Positions 1-19,440 of a stretch of 64,000 nucleotides of DNA are shown here, piece by piece. The DNA comes from the human T2T-CHM13v2.0 reference genome, Homo sapiens: the NCBI RefSeq assembly GCF_009914755.1, contig NC_060934.1. One strand, written 5' to 3'. Both the position numbers and the translations under genes were made by a program. Position 1 is the stretch's first letter. Every line of letters begins with the position of its first letter. The notes below the pieces were generated by a model that was given only the letters and a program-made list of their open reading frames with translations, did not search any database and had not been told where the DNA came from.

Positions 1-3635
<3,635 letters not shown>

Positions 3636-3639
3636 TGAA

Positions 3640-5052
3640 GCAAATGCCATAGTATGATGGCATTCCTATCAAACTATGACATTCTTTACATAATTAGAAA
3701 AAATTATTTTAAAATTCATATGGAATCAAAAAAGAGCTCGAGTAGCCAAGGTAATCATAAACAGAAAGAATAAAGCTGGGGATACCATGTTAATTGACTT
3801 CAAACTATATTACAAGGCTGTGGTAACCAAAACAGGATGGTACTTATACAAAGACAGACACATAGACCAATGGATCAGAATAGAGAGCCAAGAAATAATT
3901 CTGCATAGGTACAACTATCTAGTCTTCAATGAAGCTGACAAAAACAAGTAGTGATGAAAGGACTCCCTATTCAATAAATGGTGCTGTAATACCTGGCTAG
4001 CCATATGCAGAAGTTGAAACTGGACCCCTTTCTTACACCATATACAAAAGTCAACTCAAAATGGATTAAAGACTTAAATGTAAGACCCAAAACTATAAAA
4101 ACCCTGAAGGATAACCTAGATACCATTCTGGATGTAGGACCTGGCAAAGATTTCATGACGAATATGCCAAGAGTAATTGCAACAACAAAGAAAATTGACA
4201 AATGGCGCCTAATTAAACTGAAGAGCTTCTGCATGGCAAACAAAACTACCAGCAGAGTAAACAGACACCTTACAAAATAGGAGAAAATATTTGCAAACTA
4301 TGCATCCCACAAGGATCTAATATCTAGAATCTATATGGAACTTAAATCAACAAGCAAAAAACGAACAACCGCATTAAAAAGTGAGCAAAGTACATGAACA
4401 CACACTTTTCAGAAGAAGACATACATGTGTCCAACAAGTATGTGAAAAAATGCTCAACATCACTAACCATTAGAGAAATGCAAATCAGAACCACAATATG
4501 ATACCGTCTCACACCAGTCAGAATGGGAATTATTTAAAAAAATAACAGATGCTGGCAAGGTTGCAGAGAAAAGGGGACCTTATACATTGCTGGTGGGATT
4601 GTAAATTAGTTTAGCCACTGTGGAAAGCAGTTTAGCAATTTCTAAAAGAACTCAGAGCAGAGTTACCATTTGAACCAGCAATGGAACACTTGCAGCTATA
4701 AAAAAAGAACAAGATCATGTTTTTGGCAGCAACATGGATGGAGCTGGAGGCCATTATCTTAAGTGAACTAACACTGAAGCAGAAAACCAAGTACTACATG
4801 TTCTCACTTTTTAGTTGGAGCTAAACATTTTGTACATACGAACATAAAGAAGGGAACAACAGACACCAGAACCTACTGGAGAGGTGGAGGAAGGGAGGAG
4901 GGTAAAGTTAGAAACAACACCTATCAAGTATTATGCTTATTACCTGGGTGGTGAAATTATCTGTACCCCAAACCTCTGTGACACACAATTTACCTATGTA
5001 ACAAACCTGTGCATGTACCTCTAGTATAACCTAAAATAAAAGTTAAGAAAAA
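3640..5052 (+). mobile_element. LINE-1 3' portion (older L1PA/L1PB-type) with 3'UTR and A-tail
   Basis: ORF2 C-terminal peptide [24 protein letters not shown]; L1P-type 3'UTR ending aacctaaaataaaagttaagaaaaa. Confidence 0.88.
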
Positions 5053-5059
5053 TGATAGG

Positions 5060-5262
5060 AAAACAATAATTTATTGTACATTTTAAAATAAAACAGTGTA
5101 ATTGGAAAGTTTGTGACACAAAGAAATGATAAATCCGTGAGGTGATGGATGTCCTTCTTACCCTGATGTCATTATTATACAATGTATGCCTGTATCAAAA
5201 TATCTATGTACCCCATAAATAAGCACACTTACTATGTACCCATAAACATTAAAAGGTAAAAA
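5060..5262 (+). mobile_element. L1MA-type 3' terminal fragment
   Basis: aacaataatttattgtacattttaaaa...gaggtgatggat...ccctgatgtcattattatac...gtaccccataaat matches the L1MA 3'UTR end. Confidence 0.75.
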
Positions 5263-5264
5263 TT

Positions 5265-6910
<1,646 letters not shown>

Positions 6911-8257
6911 TTCTAAAACTAGAAAACTACCATCAATGACAAAATCTTAAAAGTGGTGTTTGGAAATGTCACAGAAAACCTAACACCCAAAGTTCCTTTG
7001 TTTCACAGAGTCCTTTTCTTCCAAGTTAGTGTTTTAAAGGATTATCATATTTTGACTTTAATTTTATAATTAATATACAGTAAAATTTACTCTTCAACTC
7101 ATTTTTTTCCATGAATATAAAAACTAGCTAGCACATGGCTGAAAAATGCATTGGGAATGTAATCTGATTATTTAGCCTCTAATTTTTCACTATTTGACTC
7201 TTCATTATATATATGTATTCTACTATTCCTCTGTTCTTATGAATGCTTCTGAAAAACTAAAGACATTTTAGACTCTTTTACCTCTTTAAACTTTTAACTA
7301 GAGTTGAAATATATGTAATATATTTATATAAAATATGTATGTAATAATTAAACCATATGCAAATATAATTTTTAGTATTTAAATATTAAGTCACTTTATT
7401 AAGTTACCCTGGTGCATAAATTTTATAATAATTTATTTTGGAGGACGTTCCAAGAAATGTTATGCAAAACCATGCTATATCTCTATTAGACATTGTCAAT
7501 TTTATTTGGCAAACAAGGTTTTGTGAACTTGAAAAATTTTGAAAATACTTATGATTTTCTCCCACTGCTGTAGTTAACTATATTTTTATGTATTAAATAT
7601 AAGAGTACATGAGTATGGATGCGCATATGTTCTTTCACTTTTTAAAAATCTGTTTATGTGAATTCAAAGTTTGAGCTCCTGAATTTAATCTATATTAGTC
7701 AATTTTGTTTGGGTTAGAGAAACCTTTTTTTCCAATTATTTACCGGAGGAGATCTGTTTTTAAAAATACAGATTAATTGGTGTAGAAACTGGTGTAGAAA
7801 ATTTTTTTAACTGGTGTAGAAAATATGTTAATTTCAAACAATACCACAAGTGTGAAAATAATGTGGATTTATGAATTCCCTGAATTTTCTTCTACCTAAA
7901 AATATCTCTGTATCTTATTTCAGACTTTCACTTCTTCTGTTTATTAAGGCAGGATACATATCCCAAAGCTCATAATTATATTTCATCTGCCTTTTAACAT
8001 TCCTTATATGCCTATCATGTATGTTTATTTTCTTTTTCTTCACTATTTCATCTCTCACTTTTTCTCATATATAAAGCTTTCTACAATTAATTCAAATTTC
8101 AAACACATCTTTCAAAGATGTGTTTTTGAAATTTCAAATAATGGTATAGTTTTAAATATGTTTTGATGTAGAATATAAATACTTTTTTGCTTGAAGAAAA
8201 ACATGAGGCTTTTGAATTGCATTGTTTAATAGTAAATGAGTTTTTGTGTTTCTGCAG

Positions 8258-8310
8258 ATGTGACTCTGAAAATCGCTATGTTGGTAATCCACTTAGAGGA
8301 ACATGTTATT
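8258..8310 (+). CDS. ATRNL1: ATRNL1 internal coding exon (probably exon 21), 53 nt; end of last laminin-type EGF-like repeat
   Basis: Acceptor tttttgtgtttctgcag|A and donor TATT|gtaagt. After 1 nt it reads CDSENRYVGNPLRGTCY plus a T that joins AC of the next exon (TAC, Tyr). Attractin-family peptide. Confidence 0.95.
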
Positions 8311-8737
8311 GTAAGTATATGTGTATTCTTCATTTTAAATAATTGGTGCATACTATTAGTTTCAAATAATAAAGGTCATCTTGAATAACTAAAATTGTCA
8401 TGAATATCTTGCAATTTCTATTTCTTAAATTTTATAATACAACTTTACGTATATTGCTAAGAAATATATTCTCTTAATTATATTTGGTACATTTTTTCTA
8501 CTCTGAGCAGTAAAATAGCAATAGATTTTGTTGTGAACATAGAACAAAGTATAGAACTTGAGTAAACTCATGTGATTTTAATGTAGTCCTTTTCATTATG
8601 ATGGATTTTTGAAGAACTTGAATTTTATAATAGATATTTTGCAGAATTTTGGGCATTACTAAAAGGCTGCACTGATTTTGTACCAACAGATGCTTTCATT
8701 GGGTACTGATTATATGGTAGGTATATATTTAACTTTT

Positions 8738-9030
<293 letters not shown>

Positions 9031-9044
9031 TATCTTTAACTTTT

Positions 9045-11710
9045 AAAGAAACAGCCAAATGCTGTTTCCCCAAATGGTTGTACCATTTTACATTCCCACC
9101 AGCAGTGTATGAGAGTTTCAGTTCTTCCACATTTCAGAAACTTTTTTAGAGTTAGTCCAAGTTTTAGCCATTCTAATAGGTGTGTAATGGTATCTAACTC
9201 TCATTTTAATTTGCACTTTCCTAATTACTAATGATGTTCAGCATCTTTTCATAGGATTGTTTGCCATCTGTATATTTTATTCGATGAAGGGTCTGTTGAA
9301 ATCCTTTGCCCACTTTTTAGATTGTTTTTATATTAACAAATTTTCCACATACTTCATTCTAGATACAAGTCCTTTATCAGATATATGACTTGCAAATATT
9401 TTTTACTAGTGGTAACTTGTCTTTTTATCTTATTAACACTATTTTCTTGAAGAACAGATTTTAATTTAGATGAAGCTTGACTTATCAGTTTGTTCTTTTG
9501 TGAAATCTTAGCCTAACAGGTCACTGTGATTTTCCCCAGGTTTTGGTAGAAATATTATATTTTTAAGTTTTCTATTTAAGTATATGGTCCATTTTGAATT
9601 AATATTTGCATATATAGTAGGTGATGGATTGAAGTTCTTTTTTTCTCCATGTAAATATTTAAATGTTCAAGCACACTTTATGTGAAGACTATACTTTAAT
9701 CAATGAATTTCTGTGCACCTTTGCTGAAAAACACTTGTCTGTAAATGTGTGGGTCTGTTTCTGGACTCTTTTCTGTTTCTTTAATCTATTTGCTTATTTT
9801 TATGCTAACGTAGCACATTTATAATTAATGTGATTTTATAAGTCCTGAAATTGGTTAGTATTTATTCTCCAACTTTGTTCTTCCTTTTCAAACTTGTTTT
9901 GACTACTCTTTTTTTTTTTGCATTTGCAAGTGAATTTTAGAATCTGCCTTTCAATTTTCAAAAAAATTGCTATAATTTGTTTTGTGATTTTGTTTAACTT
10001 ATAGATGAATTTGGGGAGAATTGGCATGTTAACTATAGTGAGTCTTTGGAATTATTGTATTTTTTATTTTTTCTCAATTCTTTAATTTTTACTATTAATA
10101 TTTTATAGTTATAACTGTACACATATTTCACATTTTTGTCAGATTTATCCCTGTATATTTTAAATTTGTGATGCTATTGATAATGTTAGCTTAAAATATT
10201 TCATTCCTGATTTCCTGATTGTTTCTGGCATTTATAATTGATTTTATATTGGTTTTACATCCTGTAGCTTTGCAAAAGTCACATTTTACTTCTACTACCA
10301 TTTTTTGTTGACTCTCAGAATTTCTACACATACAATGTTTCCTGCAAATAATAGCAGTTGGATTTCTTTTCCTCTCTTGATGGTTTTCTTTCTTTTTTCT
10401 GCCTTATTGCTATAGCTAGCACCTTTAATAATGTGTTGAAAAGATGTGAACATGAAAGTATTATTGTCTTGTTTCTGATCTAAGAGGGAAAGCATTCAGT
10501 CTTTTATCATTAAATATGATGTAGGTTTTTGCTAACTGCCTTTATCAGATTAAGGAAATTGCCTTCTATTCCTACTTTGCTGTACATTTTTTATCAGAAA
10601 TGGTTGTTTATGTCCAATGCATTTCCTGCATTAATTTATATGATTATCAGAAATTTCTATTTTACTTTGTTAATATAGTGATTTTAGTATTTTTAATTTA
10701 ATGAACGGTATACAGTATAAGAATATACTACCATTTTTGTCCATTCATAAGTTCATGGACATTGGGATTTTTTTCTAGGTTTTGTCATTAAGAAAAATGC
10801 TGCAGTGAATGAACATTCATATGGTCTTTATGTGAACATATGTTTTTATTTTCCTTGGGTAGATTCCTAGCAATGTATAGTTTGGTTGTATGATAAGCTT
10901 TTGCTTAACTACTTTAGAAACTGCCAAATGGTTTTCCAGAATGTTGGTAACATTTTTTAATTTATTCTAGAAAATTTTGATACTAGAAATTTCATTCCTT
11001 GACATCCTCATCAATACAACATTGTCTCTTTGATCATAGACATTCTAGAGTGTGTATAGTGGCATTTTGTGGTTTTGTTTTGTATTTCTTTAATGACTAA
11101 TAGTGTTGAACTTGATTTTATGTGTTGATGCCTTGAAAATGATTTGCTGGGTGTGTAAAATTTATCCTTTTTTCAGTTTTTGTTGCTGTTTTAAATTGTA
11201 TTTTTCAAAATTTTGTTTTCTACTCTTGTTTGATATATAAAAATAAAATTCGTTTTAGTATATTGATCTTATATTCATTAACTTTGGTGAACGCTTACTA
11301 AATTCTGTTTGTAGATTTGCTTGGATTTTTAAATGCAGTTAATTATATTACATGAAAATAAGCACAATTTTCTTCCTTTTTCAATATTTTTTACCCTTAT
11401 TGGGATGTTGAGACCTCTATTTCTGGGCTGAATCACAGTGATGATAATAGATATCCTTATCAGGTAGGATGTTTATTATAATTTATGGAATATTCCTTGT
11501 ATCACATTAAGCAAATTCCTATCTTATTTTGTGACAAGGTTATATCATGAATAACTTTCTTTTACCTTATTAAATACTAAGTTAAATTAATAGATTTTCT
11601 CACATTAAACATCTTTTCATTCTGGGCTAAACCATACTTAGTCATGGCATATTAGTATTTGGATACTGCTAAATATTAGTTGTTTATATTTTAATTTAGA
11701 ATATTTTTAG
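9045..11710 (-). mobile_element. Old antisense LINE-1 fragments (L1MB/MC/ME-type)
   Basis: tgtaccattttacattcccaccagcagtgtatgagagttt and gagggaaagcattcagtcttttatcattaaatatgatg; minus-strand peptide MPILPKFIYKLN. Confidence 0.75.
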
Positions 11711-11793
11711 TATGAAAGAAGACGATCTCTTTTTTGAATGTTATTTTTTCTGACTAAATGACCTATGACTGCAGTTTTTAAAAATTATTTTCT

Positions 11794-12204
<411 letters not shown>

Positions 12205-12511
12205 TTAGGTATTTCAACAAAAATTTTTGGGTCTAGTGCTTTTTAATTGGTAGTTATTTTATTTTTTTATTTTTTGCTATTTCATAGCATTAGCTTTTGG
12301 TTTTATTTATCTTTTCTGTGGATCTTGTTTTTTAGTTCATCAATTTCAGATTTTGTCTTTAATAATTTCCTTCTCATATACTGTTTGTTGTTGTTTTGCC
12401 TATATTTGCTATAGTATTTTAAAATTATCATTTTTTTACAGAATTTATGAATTCCTTTTTTATCTTTAAAAACGTAATTATTTTCTTAGTTCCTTTCTTA
12501 AGTGATTCTTA

Positions 12512-12668
12512 TTTTTTAACTTTTATTTTAGGCTCAGGGCTGCATGTGCTGCCTGTTATATAGGTAAATTGCATGTTGTGGGGGTTTGGTATACAGATTA
12601 TTTCATCTCCCAGGTAATAAGTGCAGTACTTGATAGGTAGTTTTTAGATCCTCACCCTCCTCCAATCC
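12512..12668 (-). mobile_element. LINE-1 3' terminal fragment (old L1PA/L1PB)
   Basis: ttttttaacttttattttagg...ataggtaaattgcatg...cccaggtaataag, the reverse complement of the 3'UTR type seen at 4900-5050. Confidence 0.8.
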
Positions 12669-12749
12669 ACAAAACATTTGTTAACTATTTTTAATTTTTT
12701 AAAAATGTTACTGAGAATGTGGCATATAAAATCCCAAATTTTGTTAAGG

Positions 12750-12960
12750 TATTTTTGCCCTTTATGACACATTTGATAGGGTATGGAGGCAATTTTGTTT
12801 GTCACAACAGGGGAGTGGGACGTGGGTGCCGTGGGCATCTCATGGGTAGAGGCTAGGGATGCTGGTAAACATCCTGCAATGAAAAGGTCAACCTCCCCAG
12901 AACAAAAAATCATGTGGCCAAAAATATCAATAGTATTTAGGTTGAGAAATCCTGATTTAG
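12750..12960. mobile_element. MER20 (hAT-Charlie) fossil
   Basis: ttttgtttgtcacaac...ggcatctcatgggtagaggctagggatgctggtaaacatcctgcaatg...gttgagaaatcctg. Confidence 0.8.
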
Positions 12961-13132
12961 AGGCTTAATCAAATTTATATCTGATTTTGGAGAAAATAAT
13001 AATTGTAGATGGTTTGGTTTTCTTTGTCTAGAAGAGTCATATCATGTCTGTTAGTGTCTCTTATGTTCTTGGCACACACTGACGCTCAATGTTTAGATTT
13101 TAATTGATCAAGATTGAAAAGATATAATATTC

Positions 13133-13585
<453 letters not shown>

Positions 13586-14017
13586 TTATTCCCTTTACTA
13601 CTTTTATGTATGTATTTATTTATTTAAAATTAAAAGTTAGCTCAATATCTTTCAAAAATGACAGTTTTTGTCACTAATGAACTTATAGATCCATACATGT
13701 TTTAATCCGTGTGCAATTATTATTCCTACTGATGCTCAGACTGTCCAATTACTGTGTCATTTAAATTATCTTTATTCTCTAGCTTTTCCACATCATTTTT
13801 GTTTTTCTTATTTCAAATATCCTGGATTTATTTTATAGGGATTTTTTTCTTTGGTTTTTTAAAATTAGAAATTCCTCTTTTTTTGAGCCTTTAGTTTCTT
13901 TTATCTGCCAAAGGAGTAACTAGTTACCATTATGAACACATTATGTAATCTCTGTTTATTACAAATATACTAATGTTTAACCCTTTTATAAAAACTAGCA
14001 TAATTTTTCTTCTATGT

Positions 14018-14340
14018 CAATGTTGTCCAATACAAATATGATGTGAGCCTCATATGTAATTTAAAATTTTCTAGTAGCTTCCTTTAAAAAGTAAAAGAAA
14101 ATGAGTAAAATTAATGTTAATAAAACCTTTTTTAGCTTAACACATCTAAAATTTTTTCATTTTAATGTGTAATCAGTTTTAAAAGTCATTAAGTCATTAA
14201 TGAGATATCTTACTTTTTTTGTACTAGTGTTTGAAACAAAGTTTACATTCCATACTTACATCACATTTTAATTCAAATCAGTTACTTTTCAACTAGTCAA
14301 TAGCCACATATGGCTAGTGGTGACCTTATTGGACAACTCT
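14018..14340. mobile_element. MER33 (hAT-Charlie) fossil
   Basis: Terminal inverted repeats gttgtccaata (14022-14032) and tattggacaac (14327-14337); internal aatagccacatatggctagtgg. Confidence 0.82.
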
Positions 14341-16299
14341 TCTCTAGATTACATAGGATCCCTGCGTTCTTTTAGAAATATCAGAAGCATAATGGTAAAG
14401 CACTAGGTGGCACTCTTGGTATTGCTGTGAGACGTTTAAAGCTTAATATTTGAAAAGAAGTGATGCTTAAAAAAGAAAAGGACAATAACTCTTGTAATAA
14501 TGTTAATAGAAACTATTCTAATTTTCAAGATTAGATCGAAATTTAAGATGCAAGTCCACACTGTAACTTAAAGCAATTGAGTGCAATGTGGTATTAACTT
14601 AATTGAAAGTGATATGTCAGCAGTTGTAATCTATTTACTTAGTAGTTTTTCAAAGTTCATTTTAAAACCAAAAACCAAATATATTATAAAGCATGCCTCA
14701 CAAAGGAGGGAAAACGTTCAAACAGTGTTAACTAATTTTATTGGCCCTTGTAAACATTGAATTACTCAATATATTTTTAGTAAATACAAAAAGTAGTAGT
14801 CACAAAGTATCACAAAGTAGTATAGTTTTTTTTTCTTAAATGCTTTCTTTTAATTGTAATAACAATTTTAACAAAGAAAACCTTAAAAATGAAAGACTAG
14901 GCTGTAGAAATGCTATATAGATGATATATTTCAAAAAGTAGAATGAGAGTACATAAAGTCACTTTCTGCAGTCATTTACTTTATTTCACTATTGTGCTAA
15001 TTCTTTAAATACATGTAATTTGCAATGCTCACACCCCTAATTATTGTGTTTTAATATACTTCCAAGTAATTGAACACATTTTATTTCATCTTTTACTCTT
15101 TAAAAAATTACTGTTTTATGTTGAATTTCTTTTATTAGAGTTTCTTTTATTTAGAGTTCATGGTGGAATTTTGTAGTAATAATAAACTACCTATTTTGAG
15201 AGTAGGAAATTTAAGTTGAAAAAGATGACTTAAAATAGTATGTCAGTTTAATTACTTAAAATAGTATGTCATAGAAAACAATGAAACCAATTAATACTTG
15301 AATTGACCCTTATATTTAATGGAATTATCCTGGTTTTTGTTCTAAAACTGAATAAAATAATTTTCCTGTTTTAAACTGAACATTTTGTTAGTGAATGTTT
15401 TATATGACTTTTTAACTATTGGCTATAAATTGCTATTTAAGTAGGATCTGGCTGTTTCATTTGCACATGGGGCAGAGTGATCTTAATAAACACCAATAAT
15501 CTAAATTCTTATATTTACCAGATTGCAGACATGATGGATTGAACAGTATCTGACAAGACATAAATGAGTCACATTTTTGGCATTTTAACCTTGTTCTTTG
15601 ATTCCTCAGTATTTTTATTAAATTTTCTGAAGTCTGTATCCCTGTACTTTTAGATTTTTATTTCAGAACTATTTACTCCTTTAGCATAGTCCAAAATGAT
15701 GGATAATAAACATGATTATAAGAAAATTTAAAATAGCTAAAAGGAAAAAAATTGCTATTAAGTTAATGTAGAAGAAGGATGAAAATTTATTTGACTTATA
15801 TATTTTACAATAAAAGTGTTACATTATTATTTTCATGTAAAATCATAGACTCACTGTAAAAAATAATAAAAAAGTTTAAGGAAGGAAATAAAAATGTCCA
15901 TAAACCTTCCACCAGGTCCCCCAAGTTGAGTTGTGTAGTATGTATCCTTTGTAAGGGTACTCAGCTGAGTGGAAGATTGAGAGCTGATATGCTGTACTTA
16001 CCTTTCTCACTAAGCCATGTACCCTAGTGTGGGGCTGTGTCTGCCTTGAGCCAGAGGTATATAGTTCTTTATTTGTGTGTAAAATGTTGAATGGTCTACT
16101 GAAGGGACTGCCTGCCTTCTAAATAAATCTCTGCATCATGTCCTGAGAATGATTTTATGTCATAGAGGTCATAACATGCATAATATTATTGTGAATGTTT
16201 TTCTTATAGATATATAGCTCATTATTAGCATTTAGTAAATAAAACATAGTTTTTCCCAAACTGGAAAAGAACAACCACCTGACTTTAAAATAATGATCA

Positions 16300-16500
16300 T
16301 ACTAGTTAACATTTATTGAGAACTTACTATACTAGACTGTTCTCAGCTTTTTATATGTATTAGCTTATGTAATACTCAAATGGGAAGGGTATGCTTATTA
16401 TTCCCATTTTATAGATAAGAAAACAGAGATAGAGAAAGCTGAACTAATTTGTATAAGATCACACAGGAAATAGTAAAGGCAGGTTTCAACCCTCTTAACC
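16300..16500 (-). mobile_element. MIR
   Basis: aacatttattgagaacttactat...attattcccattttatagataagaaaacagag (MIR core). Confidence 0.72.
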
Positions 16501-16957
16501 ATTAAAGAAGTGGAAATCAGTGGTATATGTAAGCAAAAAGTTTTTATATGAGTGAAATAAAAACATTATGCTGAAGGAAATAAGAGGATCTAAATAATTA
16601 AAAAATCATATGCCATTTTTTCAAATAAGAAATATTCATCCAAAGATATCATAACTTCCCAAAATTGATATAAAAATTTTATGTAATTCCATTATAGAAT
16701 TTCATTCAATTTTTTCTGAAAGGCATGCATTCCAATAAATTACCTTAAGGTTCAAGTTAAATAATACACTTTTAGAATATCCAGTTAGATTACAAACAGG
16801 AAGAATAGTAAGAAATTCCTACTTTAATAGATATCCAAACAAACTGTAACTCTAACTGCATCCACTGGCTCCCAAACTTGTATTAGAATATGCCACTAAA
16901 TCAATGAACAAGTTGGAGTATAAGATTAAGTTCCTGATAATTTGGGAATTTATATGG

Positions 16958-17581
16958 TACTATGGTTTGAATGTTTGTTGCCTCCAAAATTCATGCTGAA
17001 GTTTAATTGACATTTTAACAGTATTAAAACCTGGGACTTTTTTTTTTTTTTTTTTTGTGACGGAGTCTTGCTCTGTCGCCCAGGCTGGAGTGTGGTGGCC
17101 CAATCTGCAAGCTCCGCCTCCTGGGTTCATGCCATTCTCCTGCCTCCTGAGTAGTTGGGATTACAGGCACCCACCACCATGCCTGGCTAATTTTGTTTTT
17201 GTATTTTTAGTAGAGACGGGGTTTCACCGTGTTAGCCAGGATGGTCTTGATCTCCTGACCTCATGATCCGCCCTTCTCGGCCTCCCAAAGTGCTGGGATT
17301 GGGACCTTTAAGAGGTGACTAGGCCATGAAAACTCCACCCTCATAGGTGGAATTTGTGCTGTTATTGAAAGGCAACTTCAGTTCCTTCTTGTTCTCTCTT
17401 GCCCTTTGGCCTTCTGCCATGGGATGACACAGCAAGAAGGCCCTCACCAGATGCCAGCTGTTTGGTCTTCTACTTTCCAGCCTTCAGAACTGTGAGCCCA
17501 TAAATTTATATTTATTATAAATTACCCAGTATGTGGTATTTTGTGGTATTCTGTTATAGCAGCACAAAACAGGCTAAGACA
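16958..17581. mobile_element. MaLR solo LTR (MST-type), interrupted by an Alu, 5-bp TSD
   Basis: tactatggtttgaatgtttg...aaattacccag...gttatagcagcacaaaacaggctaagaca; TSD tatgg at 16953-16957 and 17582-17586. Confidence 0.85.
17038..17300 (-). mobile_element. Alu (AluY-like), 5'-truncated, nested in the MaLR LTR
   Basis: Poly-T, ctgcaagctccgcctcctgggttcatgccattctcc and gttagccaggatggtcttgatctcc; gggac(t/c)ttt flanks both sides. Confidence 0.93.
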
Positions 17582-18779
17582 TATGGCAAGTCATTTTATT
17601 TGTATGTCTTTAATGACTTAATTTGCTTGTTCTTAGATATCTCAAACTTTACGAAGATTATGGCTTTCGCATTTACTACTTTTCTCTCTCAAGTACTCTA
17701 TCCCCAGCTAATATTCCAAACCTAACAAAAATGACTCTTCCAGATATCACAAACCTTTTGTTTCCATCCTAACACTTACATAGTATAAAATTATCTCAGT
17801 TGATTTCTGTTTTTAACTTGAATTTAGGTTTTTAAGTAAAATGAAATTTTACTAGAATCAAATTCTGTGAACACTGTACCTTGTTTTATTGGATCTCCAT
17901 ACTTAGAAATCTGTATGACTCATAACAGACCTTCAGTTATGTTTAATGGTAGTAGACTCATATAAGTTATTAATACATAAGTGAATATACATTTATTTTA
18001 GCTGTATGAGCAAGCATTTTTATTGTTGGGGTACTTGAGCAAAAATGTCCAGAGATCATATTGTAGATTATCAAGTAAAAGTTGCTTTAAGTTTATTACG
18101 GACATAGGGTAATACTATTATATCACTGAAAAACTTTAAGTATCAGTCTTTTATTTAAAGAAAAAATGAATTTCAAGGTTTGTTTTCTTCATTGAACATT
18201 TCTTTCAAATGAAACTAAATAGATGACCATTCATCATTGCAGGATAATTGAAAGTTTAGTGATTTTGAGCTATTATGAAGTAAAAAAAGGTGGCTTCTGA
18301 ATAGGTCATGGCATATTATTAAAAATCCCATAAATTAGAAAAATTAATGTATGGCATTGGTGATAATCATCCATTCTTATGTATTTAAAAAATTTATTTG
18401 TAAGACTGAATGAATTTAAATGTATATCTTAGGTCATACAATTAGTAGTTTTCAGAGTTTGGATTATAACTGTGTTTTTTCTATGATATGATATCTAGCA
18501 AATGCTGAACCTACAAAACTTGTGCAACAGATTTTACTTTTGAAATTGTTCTAAATGTTCCAGATTCAGTAGAAATTCTTAATAATTTTCAGCATGGATA
18601 GTACAGTTGAGCAAACAAGGAAAAACTAGTATTTATTAAATATTTATGTACAAAACAATTTTATATTAATAATTTCAGTATTCCCAAGGGTGACATATTT
18701 TTTCTCATTAAATTACTTTCTGGAGGATTCGACTGTTAGAGCTTGGAGAGACTGTCATTTACTTGCGTTTACTGACTTG

Positions 18780-19440
18780 TGTTTATTCATTCTACATTTA
18801 CTTATTGACTAGCTACTTTGTTAGACTCCATGGATAACAAAGTGAACAAAATGTTTTTTCCTCTATTGAAGCTTATACACTACTAGAGAAAATAGATATT
18901 AAACCAGTTATATGATTTTCATAGGTGTGATTTTCGTAAGAGCTCTGAATGAGAATTATAGAGTTTTGGGAATGTATTTCCAAACTTTATAGAGCTTTGG
19001 GAATACATTACAAGAGGGCCTGACCTAATTTGTGGGATAGGGAGTAGGTGAGGTAAGGGAATGATTGAGCTTTGATTTGAAGAAATGACTTGATAAGATG
19101 TGATAGTGTGAGGGTAGATAGGAAGAAGTGGAACCAAAAAGGACAGCATGTACAAAGGTTCGTGACTAGAAAGAACATGCAATGTTTGAGTTACTAAAAG
19201 AAAACCAATACTGAAACACATAGAATATACAGAGCAAAAATAGGAAGCTTATGAGATCTGCAAGATCCAAACAATGCTATGCTTTATAGAACATGTAAGA
19301 TACGGTCTTTATCATAAGAAAGATAGGACGCCATTGAAGGGTATTTAGAGGAGAGAAAAATGTTACATTTTGCTTTTAAAATAATCAGTCTGCTTTCAGT
19401 ATGTAAAACAGCTTAGTGGCGGCAATAGAGCATGAAATAG
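18780..19440 (-). mobile_element. L2 fragment
   Basis: ttattcattc...tttacttattgactagctact...gtgaacaaaa and ggacagcatgtacaaagg; highly diverged. Confidence 0.55.
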
